DNA of 63,365 nt, filler included, from Globobulimina sp. (Eukaryota): NCBI GenBank assembly GCA_003354225.1. It is 50 parts of 50 records of this genome, joined end to end, with 100 filler letters (N's around TTAATTAATTAA, not from the genome) between each part and the next. Parts side by side here need not be neighbours in the genome. Positions count along the whole stretch, not along the records: positions 11,431 to 12,600 come from PIVH01021784.1; positions 12,701 to 13,870 come from PIVH01021785.1; positions 13,971 to 15,140 come from PIVH01021786.1; positions 15,241 to 16,410 come from PIVH01021787.1; positions 16,511 to 17,680 come from PIVH01021788.1; positions 17,781 to 18,950 come from PIVH01021789.1; positions 19,051 to 20,220 come from PIVH01021790.1; positions 20,321 to 21,490 come from PIVH01021791.1; 42 more parts are not named here. The stretch is one strand, 5' to 3'. The notes beneath the pieces are model-generated. The model saw nothing but the letters and a program-made list of their open reading frames with translations. It did no database searches and had not been told where the DNA came from. Numbering within the stretch: position 1 is the first letter of the stretch; every line of letters begins with the position of its first letter. Of this stretch, positions 11,431 through 22,860 are shown in pieces. Position numbers and translations under genes: made by a program.

Positions 11431-11955
11431 CAGCTGTGCCGCGTCAAGAAATATTTGATGGATGGAACCATGTCGGAAGGCCACAGGTCTTCGCGTGATA
11501 AGCTATGTATATCGTTGCATAAATTTGGGAACAGATTGAAATTTTATTTGCATTTCGAAGAGAGCGTATTTCGAATACGCGTGGAAGATTTGTGTGAATG
11601 GTTTCCTTTTATGTTTGATAAATATGACAGTGCATTGGAATGGGAGCAAATGGAACATGTTCTAAGCAATGCATTGAGGGATAATGAGAAATTGGCAGAT
11701 ATTACACATTGTGGAATAGTGCAACCGGATGAATTCAATTATTATTCTCATAATCCCCATGGTAATGATAATGGGAAAATGAATGAGAAGATAAAGACTA
11801 ATTTTTGGCGAAATATACATAAATGGAGTGATTTGGATAAAGAGTTTTATCGGAAATGTGATAAGTTTACATATGAAATGAAAAAGAAATTTAGTTTACA
11901 ATATGATCAGTACGTTTTTGACAAAAATATCGTTGATAAGTGTCAATTCGTATAA
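11431..11955 (+). CDS. Hypothetical protein, 5' partial
   Basis: Long open frame; no family recognised. Confidence 0.45.
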   Translation, partial: QLCRVKKYLMDGTMSEGHRSSRDKLCISLHKFGNRLKFYLHFEESVFRIRVEDLCEWFPFMFDKYDSALEWEQMEHVLSNALRDNEKLADITHCGIVQPDEFNYYSHNPHGNDNGKMNEKIKTNFWRNIHKWSDLDKEFYRKCDKFTYEMKKKFSLQYDQYVFDKNIVDKCQFV

Positions 11956-12217
11956 TTTTATTCTATGATATAATGTACAATGTAATGTAATGTAATGTTT
12001 CTTTCTTTAATTGGAATATGTTTTTGTTGCATTTAAAAACCACAGAAAGATACTGACATCCTTGCACTTGAGTTTGCTATCTGAAACTCAAAAAAACTTC
12101 AAGTAATCGACCTTGTTTTACCATTGCCTCCTGTCATTTTAGCAAGCGTCTTTTATTGCCATTCGCATTTACATATTGCAATCGATACAAACTCAGATCT
12201 AAACAAAGCAACCAACA

Positions 12218-12560
12218 ATGACTGAATCGAAGACAAAAGCCGTGGTGAAGATAGCAGATATGGCGGATGATATGCAAGTCAGTGCTGTTGAATGTGCCAC
12301 TCAAGTTTTGAAGAGACAATACATAGTTAAATGCATGCATGAATACATAAAACATAAACAAAATAATACAGGCATTGGAGAAGTTTTCCATTGAGAAAGA
12401 TGTAGCAGCACACATTAAAAAAGAATTTGACAAAAACCATAGTCCAACTTGGCATTGTGTGGTAGGGCCTAATTTTGGTTCCTACGTAACTCACGAAACA
12501 AAACATTTCATTTATTTCTATATCGGCCAGGTTGCAATCTTATTATTTAAATCGGGATAA
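12218..12560 (+). CDS. DYNLL: Dynein light chain LC8, complete; intron 12305..12371
   Basis: Spliced [87 protein letters not shown]. Confidence 0.97.
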
Positions 12561-13004
12561 AACAATTACAATACTTCAAAAAGTAAATTTATTTATTTCT
12601 NNNNNNNNNNNNNNNNNNNNNNNNNNNNNNNNNNNNNNNNNNNNTTAATTAATTAANNNNNNNNNNNNNNNNNNNNNNNNNNNNNNNNNNNNNNNNNNNN
12701 AATTGACCAATTATGTACGGTACATGGACATAGACACTGTTGATTGACCTTTAGTACAGCAAGTGCGTCAAACTTTGCATAGAAAGCACACACACCTGCA
12801 CAATGCGTTTAGCACACCAAATGCGAAATAGCCGAATAAAAGGGGTAGGAAATACAGAACAAGCATCAGTCGTTCAATCCTCGAACTCCGGCAAGCTCTT
12901 CGTTCTCTAAAACGTTTCTAATTAACATTTTCTCTCTCTCGCACCCTTCTAGTATTTCGTTATTCCCTATTACTTTACTATCACACTTCACTAGTCCTCT
13001 TACC

Positions 13005-13817
13005 ATGAATCCAAAGGAATGTAGCTATTGCAATCGCATATTTGCATCCGCATACAACAGGTAATAAAATTTAACATTAAAATTAGTAAAATAACATAAA
13101 ATGCGAATTAAAATTTCATTTCCATTAACTTGAAACCTAAATACACACCACCGAATTTTCACTTTCTATTAAAATATTTTTACGCCACTTCTTTATAGAA
13201 AGCGCCACGAAACTCTAAAACATGTTAGCAATAAACAACCAATAGAACAGGACTCATCTCCTGACTCTTCCATAGCAAGTCAACAAAGCGAGACTGGCAT
13301 GGAAGACTGGGATGCATGGGATACCATCATTATGGAAACATGCGATCAGCTACCTAAACCTACTGACAGTATACAAACAACACAGGATCTTCTCAAGGAA
13401 CCACATGTCAACATATTTCTGGAAACGCTCTTTGATCAGCTTACTGAGCGTCTTCAATTCTCTCACCATATGGAGGCAGAGAATGAGCTCTATGCCAAAT
13501 TACAACAAACGGTCAACAAATATTTGGGTTCTGGCGAAGGGTATAACAGCAGCGAAGCATTCAAAAAAGCCTGGCAAGAGCGTAAAATCCTTGTCATCGA
13601 TATGCTGCTCAAACACGAAAAAACCATTACTAAAAAGATATTCAATGATTATAGCAGCAGCAGCCAAAAAAGCACTAGCAGCAACAGTCAAAGTAGCGAC
13701 AGCAGCAGCGACAGCAACAACAACAACAGCCAGAGCAACAGCGATTCTACAAATGGTTTAGCAATGGAAGCATATCAAAACATAATGGGAATGGGTAATA
13801 ATCATAGAAGCTTCTGA
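13005..13817 (+). CDS. C2H2 zinc-finger protein with helical C-terminal domain; intron 13061..13198
   Basis: Splicing yields MNPKECSYCNRIFASAYNR|KRHETLKH in frame with ORF 13299..13817; Ser/Asn-rich tail. Confidence 0.75.
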
Positions 13818-14034
13818 TCTTACACATTGCTACTGTTATATGTATATAATGTATAGTGGCCCCCACAATTNNNNNNNNNNNNNNNNNNNNNNNNNNNNNN
13901 NNNNNNNNNNNNNNTTAATTAATTAANNNNNNNNNNNNNNNNNNNNNNNNNNNNNNNNNNNNNNNNNNNNAAAATTTTCATTTACATACTATTTATAAGA
14001 AAAATTTCAAAAAAAAAAACCATTTATATGTCAT

Positions 14035-15140
14035 TTATATAAGAAAAACCCATTTATAAACATATTTACATGAAGTATTCCAAGAATAGTTCATCAATTT
14101 CGCACAACAAAAGAGCATAATCAATCTCGTTGCAGCCTTAACATGTAATTCCGACCCAAATAATTTGAAATACAATTCATTTGCACATACGTAATTATAC
14201 AAATAGTTACATTTTTGAGTGGCTCTCAATACCTTATATATTGTGCTTTTGTTAAGTTCATCAAACGTACTTTGATTATTAATATTGGATTGTGTCACCA
14301 ATAACTCACAGCAAAACATATGATATGCAGAAGATAAACTCGATGAAGCAGCGACTAATTCGACAAATGGAGTCATCCAAAATGCAATTCCAACCACACA
14401 AAATATAACACCATATATGCTGTTAATTGAATGGATTAATTCCGAGGAATATATCCAAATAAAACAAAACAATCCAAGAAATTTAATACTAAAATACCAA
14501 GTCCAAAATGTTGACTCTTTCTGAAATTCCTGCAGCGTGGTTTTGTAATTTTTAGTAATTGAATCATAATCAATGTTGATTGCATGATTTGCATCGCTTT
14601 CGTCAACGCATAATATATTTATCAATTTGTGCACTGATAACTCAAAATGAAGAAATATTACACTTGCACAACATTGTGATATAGCAATTGGAATCACAAA
14701 ACCATAGAAATATGTTATACACCACATAACGTCAACAAATGTCGAAACATCGTAATAATAAAATTCAGCACCGTAATGAAACAAACATGTCACGGCATAA
14801 CATGAGAGAAAAATAATCATTCGTTTGTTGGTTTTGATAGTTTTATGTTGACCTAATTCAACGAAATTATTGTTAGTTGAATCAACTAAGTAAGCGGGTG
14901 ACAGCAACGCAAAATTAAATGTTTTCCAGTAATACCAAATTGAGAATATTTTCGAAGTAATTACACAAACATCTCCCACACTTTCAATGACCAATCGCAA
15001 AGCATTATTTACTTCGAACACATCGTTCTTGTATATGGTATATACACAATAACCCATATAGTAAAGAACACAGATCAAAACAACAAATATTCCAACGTAA
15101 TTCAACCATTTTGGTCTATATGTTTGTTGAGGTGTCTTGA
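14035..15140 (-). CDS. Multi-pass membrane protein, gustatory-receptor-like (GRL/7TM ion channel) candidate
   Basis: About 7 hydrophobic segments, long loop after TM4, C-terminal YLYNYV...FKLFG.EL.......LIMLF pattern resembling GR/GRL TM7. Confidence 0.55.
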
Positions 15141-15240
15141 NNNNNNNNNNNNNNNNNNNNNNNNNNNNNNNNNNNNNNNNNNNNTTAATTAATTAANNNN
15201 NNNNNNNNNNNNNNNNNNNNNNNNNNNNNNNNNNNNNNNN

Positions 15241-16410
15241 ACAATGGATGTAAAACAATCTCCAATGATTCTGTCAGCTTATGTCACCAAAAGACTCTCA
15301 CTTCAACGAAGCTGGTGGGGGCTGCCACAAATGGAGAGCAAATTACAGCCCCCGGGATCGGTGCGCAAGGTATTCTCTCTGATAAGAATTGTGCTGCTGT
15401 ATTTTCAGGAGAAGCCACCGATTTGCCGTTGTCTGAGTCGGGAAATTCGTTCCCAGTCTTGCCAGTCACCTGTGAAAGTGACCTCAGTCCGTCAGTGAGT
15501 GTGTATGAAAGTCAATGCGACACCAACCATCCGATATCTGATGGTGTGTCGGTCATTGCTCATACACTTTCAGGTAGTCATGACAGTGCCAGTAGCTATG
15601 AATTCAAGCTCTGGGCACCTACCAATCATACTCCTTTCGACCAATTTGATTCATGTGACACTGCCGAGTTATTTGAGGGTGGTGGTCAGTCGACAATCAA
15701 TCAGGACAATCATATTTCATATCAGAATGATGAAAATTGTGAATCCCCAGACAGTTCATATGGTGGTTGCTTGGATTTGTTATATTCAACAGATATTGAA
15801 CTGGTCAACAACTCAAAAAATGCATGCAATGGAGTTTTGGATTCAATGTTTGTCAATGGTCAGTCGGGTCAGTCAACAGACAGTCATGGTCATGTGTTGG
15901 GCCCACAGTATGATTCAAAAGGCTCTCCTCAATCGAGAAATATGTGCCAAATACCCCTAGAGTCGGGTGGCACCGGATTTGGTGAGATATTGTTCACTAA
16001 AGTTGATAAGAATTTAGATCCTACGTTTCAGCAGCAGCAATCAAGCCCTGGGTTGGGCAGTTCAATGGATTCTAATAGTCAACAGGGTGGAACAATGACT
16101 AGATGTGAAGCTCAGTCACTCACAATCAATCGATTTGCAAAGGGGTTGGATGGTGAAGCCTCTACAGTCAAGAAAACCATCATGATTCATCAGTCGGCTG
16201 TCTTTGAACATTACAATGAACATTCTGTCGAGAATGAATGTCAGCAGCAATGTGGAAATCAATCTGGTGAACAATCTGACACTATGGACAACATTATTTC
16301 GTCATATGATGTGTCAGGTCAGTCATTTGTCAATCAGCCCGTGATATGTGCTTCTAGACTCTACAAGCCTCCCAGTCTCGTTCGAGGAGGAGATGATATT
16401 CCAGAGGAAT
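15241..16410 (+). CDS. Low-complexity S/Q/G/D-rich hypothetical protein, partial at both ends; GC higher than host-type contigs
   Basis: Contig-spanning open frame. Confidence 0.5.
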
Positions 16411-16944
16411 NNNNNNNNNNNNNNNNNNNNNNNNNNNNNNNNNNNNNNNNNNNNTTAATTAATTAANNNNNNNNNNNNNNNNNNNNNNNNNNNNNNNNNN
16501 NNNNNNNNNNCTCCACTTCAATTCATTGCAATAAAACCTTTACCAGAAGAAGATGAAAGTGAAAATACTGCAATAAAAAATAACATAATAACAGATTGGG
16601 AAAACATAGAAGCTTACGACAATACAAACAACTCAAAAATAAATAATCTCTACAATGATTATAAAATTGACAATGAAAACGACAATGATGAAAAAATTGA
16701 GAATGAAATTGATAAAGAAAATAATTGTTTAAAGTGCAAAAATGTAACTTATAACGAAATAATCACAAAAACAATAAGCTCTGATAATAATAACTATATC
16801 TGTAATAATTGCAAATTAAATTGTAATTCTGTACTTTGCAAAAACCTCAACGGAGCAAATGAAATATACACACACAAAAATAAAAATAAAAATATTAATA
16901 TTTTCAATGAAAGTTATAATAACTACCATAATTCCTCATTATAT

Positions 16945-17050
16945 AAGAATGGGAGCAGTTGTTCCAATCCTTAAAAAATCTGATGCTCCGAATAGCCCCA
17001 CTAATTACAGACCAATAACCTTACTACCAATAATTTTTAAGATCTACATA
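16945..17050 (+). mobile_element. Non-LTR retrotransposon (LINE) reverse transcriptase remnant
   Basis: AVVPILKK...PTNYRPITLLPIIFKIY is the canonical N-terminal RT motif of LINEs; flanks are decayed. Confidence 0.8.
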
Positions 17051-18118
17051 TGGTACAAGGATGTAATAGAAAAAAAAGAGGAGTACCTGAACAAATTGGC
17101 ACGTTAAATATTATATGCGAGACTGCAATTAAAAATAAAAAACCACTCCAAATTTCTAAGTAATTTTGATCAAATTATTCATGGGAAGATGCTAGAATGT
17201 GCAGAATTTGCAGGAAAATTCAATGGCACAAACCATTTTACTGTGTTTTTACTTCATTGTTGATATTTCGTTGAGATGATATGGCTGTGATTTATCCACA
17301 CTAGCGATTGTGCTTGTGAGGTACGTTCCATGGATGAGAGCAAGTTAGAGTTTTTTTTGCAGTCGCAAAACATTTATCATTGATGATTAATATTGTTTTG
17401 ATGATTACTCCTTTTGTATTTCTGAAATAGCAATGCAGCAAAGTAACTTCAAATTGTTTCTCATAATTCATAAGTCAATGATTTTGTGAGGTAAAACGAG
17501 CGTCAGCGAGCAATCGAGCGAGCGCAGCGAGTGAGTAAAGTGGGTAGCAATACGGCAAATTTATTTTTTGACTCATTTCTAACAATCGATTTCACTGTTT
17601 TTTCAGAAATATATTGCAAAACAATGAATTCATTCAGAATGTGTTGAATATAGGCATATCACGAAGATTTTTAAGTTCATNNNNNNNNNNNNNNNNNNNN
17701 NNNNNNNNNNNNNNNNNNNNNNNNTTAATTAATTAANNNNNNNNNNNNNNNNNNNNNNNNNNNNNNNNNNNNNNNNNNNNAATCCTATGTATTATTTACA
17801 AACATTTAATGTCAACTCGTTACATTATACAAAATACAAAGGACCATTGTTAGTTGTTTAGTAAATAGATAATAAAAACTCTCAACAATTAACATTTTCA
17901 ATGTTCATCTAAAATGGCAACGTAAAAAAAACATAACAAGCAATCTAAACACAAATAAATATACCGTCTAAATGAATTCAACAATATAATGGCACGCTTT
18001 CTGAAATTTATATATATACAAACATTACAACATTAATCATAAACACTGGATTCCTTTTCAACATCATTGACCCATCGAACATATGGTGACGATTTGACAG
18101 AAATAATTTTATCTTTCT

Positions 18119-18871
18119 TCAACATGGATAACACAGTTTGTTTAATGACAAATAGCAACACAAATTGGAATGAACTGACAGCCAAAGACCCCAAAGATAT
18201 GGAAGTACCAATAATTTCAATACAAACTCAAATGTTTTTGCAACAACACATAATGCGGATTTATTTGTGATTAATAAGACAAAAAACAACCAAATCAATG
18301 ATAAACTATAAAATATAAATTGATAATAACTAAACCATATCTTTTCTGCAATGTTTTTAATTCCAATTTTAAAAATTAATAGTACTAAACCTAAAATACT
18401 AAAAAATAACATTGTTAATTTATGAAATATAAAATTAATAAATTTAGCCACATTTTCTTTGTTCAAACATATATTAATTGATGTGGATTGTACTAAGAAT
18501 AAATAGGTATAATCCTTTGGTCTCTGGTTCTTATGATCTTGCAATGGCGGCTTGGATAAGACCTGATGGATTCGTTGCCGTTGAATCTCATTTAATAACA
18601 TTTTATTGCGTGAATTCAAATAATCAGTCAATATCTGATCAATACCACCCAACATATCAACTAATTCAGGCGTTGCTGCTATAAATGATGTTTCATTCTC
18701 CATATGTTTTGAATGAATTTTACTAAGGTTATCGTATGAGTATTGATTAAAATCTGTATCATTACTTTGTGCTGAAAACTCTTCACTCTCATTTATAGAG
18801 TGTACCATTTCTGCATGTTTTTGCTCCATTTGCATCCTTTCTGGCGAATTGACGTTTACTTGGGTCGTCAT
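18119..18871 (-). CDS. Hypothetical membrane protein; probable frameshift near 18200
   Basis: ATG ORF with a soluble N-terminus then TM helices. Confidence 0.45.
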   Translation of the reverse strand: MTTQVNVNSPERMQMEQKHAEMVHSINESEEFSAQSNDTDFNQYSYDNLSKIHSKHMENETSFIAATPELVDMLGGIDQILTDYLNSRNKMLLNEIQRQRIHQVLSKPPLQDHKNQRPKDYTYLFLVQSTSINICLNKENVAKFINFIFHKLTMLFFSILGLVLLIFKIGIKNIAEKIWFSYYQFIFYSLSLIWLFFVLLITNKSALCVVAKTFEFVLKLLVLPYLWGLWLSVHSNLCCYLSLNKLCYPC

Positions 18872-19176
18872 GTTGTAAGCCTGTACAGTTTTTTAAGGAG
18901 AATATTATGAGATGAAAAACGTTATTGATAGTGAATCCGTAGCAGGCAACNNNNNNNNNNNNNNNNNNNNNNNNNNNNNNNNNNNNNNNNNNNNTTAATT
19001 AATTAANNNNNNNNNNNNNNNNNNNNNNNNNNNNNNNNNNNNNNNNNNNNAAAGTGCCACTAAACACAAGAAAAACGTTTTGAAGTTTACCGAATCTGAT
19101 GTTCCTTGTTTTGAACACAAATACATTTGCTAATAATTAATAATCAAACAAACAAAAACGAATAATAATTATTTCT

Positions 19177-20142
19177 TTATTTGACAACAAAAAAATCGAG
19201 TTCCTTCATACAAATATAACTTCCAGTTGCTTTTAAATTAAATCTTATTCCATCCACAATCTGTCTGATTTTATGAGTACGTTTAATCCCCAAAGCATCA
19301 TTTTTTGTGTCTATCATTTCACAAAATACTGTCCATCCATTATTATGAAATAAATCAATGCTGTACATAGCATTCGGTGCCCAACGCCCACTGTTTGTCA
19401 TTGATCCGATATCGACAAAAACATTGATATATGACAATTTGATTGATTCTGGAAATTTGAATGTTAACTGCTGATTTTTGGCCTCTTTCGTAGCCACAGT
19501 CAACCAAAATGATGATCGAAATGCATTGCTGACATAATTTGCGGGGTTACTCGAACCATGCGCCGTTTTCACATCTCCATTGAACATATATCGCATATGA
19601 TAAAAACTAGAATTTTGGTAAAAATGCAAAACGGGCTGACTCGCCTCAACAACAATACCATTCACTGTATATTGTTTCTGTGCAGCACCTCCACCAGAAC
19701 CACCTTTCAAATTTAATTGTTCAGTATTATTCCAATCATAATCATGTTCTGTGTATGTACACAGAGGTTGATTTTCTTGATTCTTCTCATTGCCTTTGTC
19801 TTTAATTCTATATCGATTCAATGCATTGATTAGTTTGGCGATTTTGCCCATTGTCACATTATTCAATAAAACTGATCTTATTTCATTGTCTGAAAATAAC
19901 AACAAATCATCAATATTATCGAGTTCTTGGTCGTTGACTAATACACGTATTAACTGTGCATCGTCCAAACCATTCGATGTTAACCATGCCATCAAACTAC
20001 GTGATTTTGGGCCATGTTGCAATTTGCTTTTACATAAGTAACAAAATGTATTACCGGCAGCATTGTTTACAGTGCATTTATGACAAACGATTTGTCCATT
20101 CACGTTGTTACTGTTGGGTTTATGCACAAAGCTGTGAGACAT
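19177..20142 (-). CDS. RanBP2-type ZnF + SAM + C-terminal F5/8 (discoidin/galactose-binding-like) domain protein
   Basis: CHKCTVNN...CYLC; LMAWLTSNGLD...DDLLLFSDNEI...MGKIAKLINAL; SFWLT...QQLTFKFPESIKLSYINVF...GIRFNL...ICMKELDFF. Confidence 0.7.
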   Translation of the reverse strand: MSHSFVHKPNSNNVNGQIVCHKCTVNNAAGNTFCYLCKSKLQHGPKSRSLMAWLTSNGLDDAQLIRVLVNDQELDNIDDLLLFSDNEIRSVLLNNVTMGKIAKLINALNRYRIKDKGNEKNQENQPLCTYTEHDYDWNNTEQLNLKGGSGGGAAQKQYTVNGIVVEASQPVLHFYQNSSFYHMRYMFNGDVKTAHGSSNPANYVSNAFRSSFWLTVATKEAKNQQLTFKFPESIKLSYINVFVDIGSMTNSGRWAPNAMYSIDLFHNNGWTVFCEMIDTKNDALGIKRTHKIRQIVDGIRFNLKATGSYICMKELDFFVVK

Positions 20143-20320
20143 TATATGTTGTGAAGTAACGTAAGTTTTTAAACGCAAATCCTGGCATATTAAAAAATAT
20201 AAATTAAACACAAACACATANNNNNNNNNNNNNNNNNNNNNNNNNNNNNNNNNNNNNNNNNNNNTTAATTAATTAANNNNNNNNNNNNNNNNNNNNNNNN
20301 NNNNNNNNNNNNNNNNNNNN

Positions 20321-20625
20321 ATTATACGTCGTTTATTTTTGCGTGTTTTTCTAAACTCACTGCTTGTCCAATCAACACACGACTTACACGCAATAACTCC
20401 TTCATGATGCCGTGCTTTATGATATCTTATTATAATGTCTTTATACCGTATGGCTGCTGGTGTAAATAATGAAAAAGCTGTAAACAACTTCTTCTGACCA
20501 TTGACAGGAAGATAACTATTGACGATCTTTTCTATTTGTACGTATTCACGCACCAAGCATCGTAAACTTATTTTTGCTTCCTGCAATTTCGTGTCCTGCA
20601 AATCCTGCAATTTCCTTGATATCAT
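20321..20625 (-). CDS. Hypothetical protein N-terminus, divergent from the neighbouring gene
   Basis: ATG ORF running off the contig. Confidence 0.35.
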
Positions 20626-20948
20626 TTTTTAACTGAGATATGAATTTTTATTATTCAAAAATAGTTCCGATAATGCGAGACTTTAAGGCAGCAGATAACT
20701 TGTCTGGAATTTAAAAAAAAAAATCGCAGACAAGTTATTTTGGTGTTGAAACAAAGAATAACTGTCAATAACATAACAACTATTTTATTTAGTTATATTA
20801 TTCTGCAACAACACGTTGCAAACAAATATCAAATTCCATTATTATACACAAATTTTATTATTTTATCATTTATTATACACAAATTATACTGTAACACTTA
20901 TTTCCTTTTCAAATTAAAACACTTTGTGCACCACTCCATAATTTTCAA

Positions 20949-21490
20949 TTGCATGGCTTCACCGGTAAAACCAAAAAACAACGAAACACTCAATTAAATT
21001 GGTTCAAACTGTGCAGAATGTTCTTTATGGAAGTGCTTCTGATAATGACCATCAATTTGTGCGTTGATTCGTTTCATCATAATCTATTGGCATTAACAAT
21101 AATCACTTTATTAATCACACATGGCCTCTCATTTGCGTTAATGTTCCTCACATGCCAGTTTCCACATTACAAAAATTTCACTCAAAAGAAGATGATACCA
21201 TGTTTAACAAAACATCAACACAAAAAGAGGAAGAAAGCGAAATTGAATTCCAGAATCATCACAGTATGCATTATGGATCCCCTGTTATGCTTGGCATTTT
21301 ATTTCCAAATGATTTATTCACGTAAATATCAAGAATCACACACAATATCTATATTTACCATTGATGGTTACATCACACAATATTTGTTGCCATCAATGTT
21401 CATCGAAATAGTGATGGATTTCATGTATTATTGGTGTCATTATTACATGCACAAAATACCTTTTTTATGGAAAAATATTCATTCTATTCA
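20949..21490 (+). CDS. Fatty acid hydroxylase / sterol desaturase family protein, 3' partial
   Basis: TM segments then His boxes DFMYYWCHYYMHKIPFLWKNIHSI(H). Confidence 0.85.
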
Positions 21491-21687
21491 NNNNNNNNNN
21501 NNNNNNNNNNNNNNNNNNNNNNNNNNNNNNNNNNTTAATTAATTAANNNNNNNNNNNNNNNNNNNNNNNNNNNNNNNNNNNNNNNNNNNNCTTTGCTTCA
21601 CTGTTTCAAAAATTATATGCTTTAAGTTCAAAAACAGTTTTATTGTAACTGTAACAATGGAAAAAAGACAAAATAAGGGAGCCATTA

Positions 21688-22421
21688 TTGTTGAAAAATG
21701 CAACGCAATATTTTACTCTCGAAAATGCGCCATTTTCAATGCTTTTATCCGGCGTAAAAAGAAACTCATTAAGTCATTATGAACAAGCTAAATTTGATAA
21801 AGTTGGTATGCATTTTGGCATCCTTCCACCAGCAGATCCTGCAGGTTTTTTTAAATGTGGATGGGGTGAATACAGTGTGCAAATTGATGAAAATGGTGAT
21901 ATCCTTCCAATTATTTGTGAAAAATGGTCTGATGGAAATAAAAAATGTTTACGTTTAGCTGTAATTGGATGCATACACCCGATCAATCTGGATTTATTTG
22001 GTGTATTTGCAATATTATTGGCGGAATGGTTATATTAATGGGCTTATTATTGCATATTTTAAGTGTATTTGACACTAAATTAACATTTACATTATATACT
22101 AACGGCAGAATGTTCCGTATTATATTTATTTTATCCTTAATTGCAACAATAAGTATATTTATTGCAGCATTTAATTGGTTTAATATGAATTCAAAATATA
22201 ATGGATGTTGGAGTGACAATTATGAATATATTTTGGACTCAGATTCAAATGCAAAAACCTTTGTTTATGATTCGTTTCAATTTGAAAATAAACAGTTGGG
22301 GTTTTCAATGATCTGTGATCTTTGCGCATTATCTGTAATATCGATATTTATGTTTCTTTATTGTTTTCTATCATGTCAATGTTCAAATAAATCCAGCAGA
22401 TTTATAAAAGATAGAATTTAA
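21688..22421 (+). pseudogene. Tetraspan/claudin-like membrane protein, frameshifted
   Basis: Two overlapping frames with Cys-containing loops and TM helices; family not certain. Confidence 0.35.
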
Positions 22422-22447
22422 ATTCCTTGCAAAAACCTTAGCTAATA

Positions 22448-22760
22448 ATGGGTCAATCAAATACCAAATCTGAAACTGACGCAGACGAACCGTGGATTGA
22501 TGAACATCGTGACTTAGGAGATGGCGGTTACCGAGCAGCTATTTTTGGTTTCAATGATGGTACACATTATATATTAATATAAATATATATTAATATAAAT
22601 ATATATTAATATATATATCTAATCCATAATATATATATCTAATCCATAATATATATTATATAGGATTGGTGACAAACTTATGTCTTATCATTGGTGTCCA
22701 ATTTGCTTTGGAAGACGCTTTGACCAAAAGAGAAATAATTGTGACCGGATTGGCAGGATT
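22448..22760 (+). CDS. VIT1: VIT1/CCC1 vacuolar iron/manganese transporter, 3' partial; intron 22560..22663 (not in the ORF track)
   Basis: Spliced MGQSNT...EHRDLGDGGYRAAIFGFNDG|LVTNLCLIIGV...IIVTGLAG carries the VIT family signature. Confidence 0.92.
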
Positions 22761-22860
22761 NNNNNNNNNNNNNNNNNNNNNNNNNNNNNNNNNNNNNNNN
22801 NNNNTTAATTAATTAANNNNNNNNNNNNNNNNNNNNNNNNNNNNNNNNNNNNNNNNNNNN

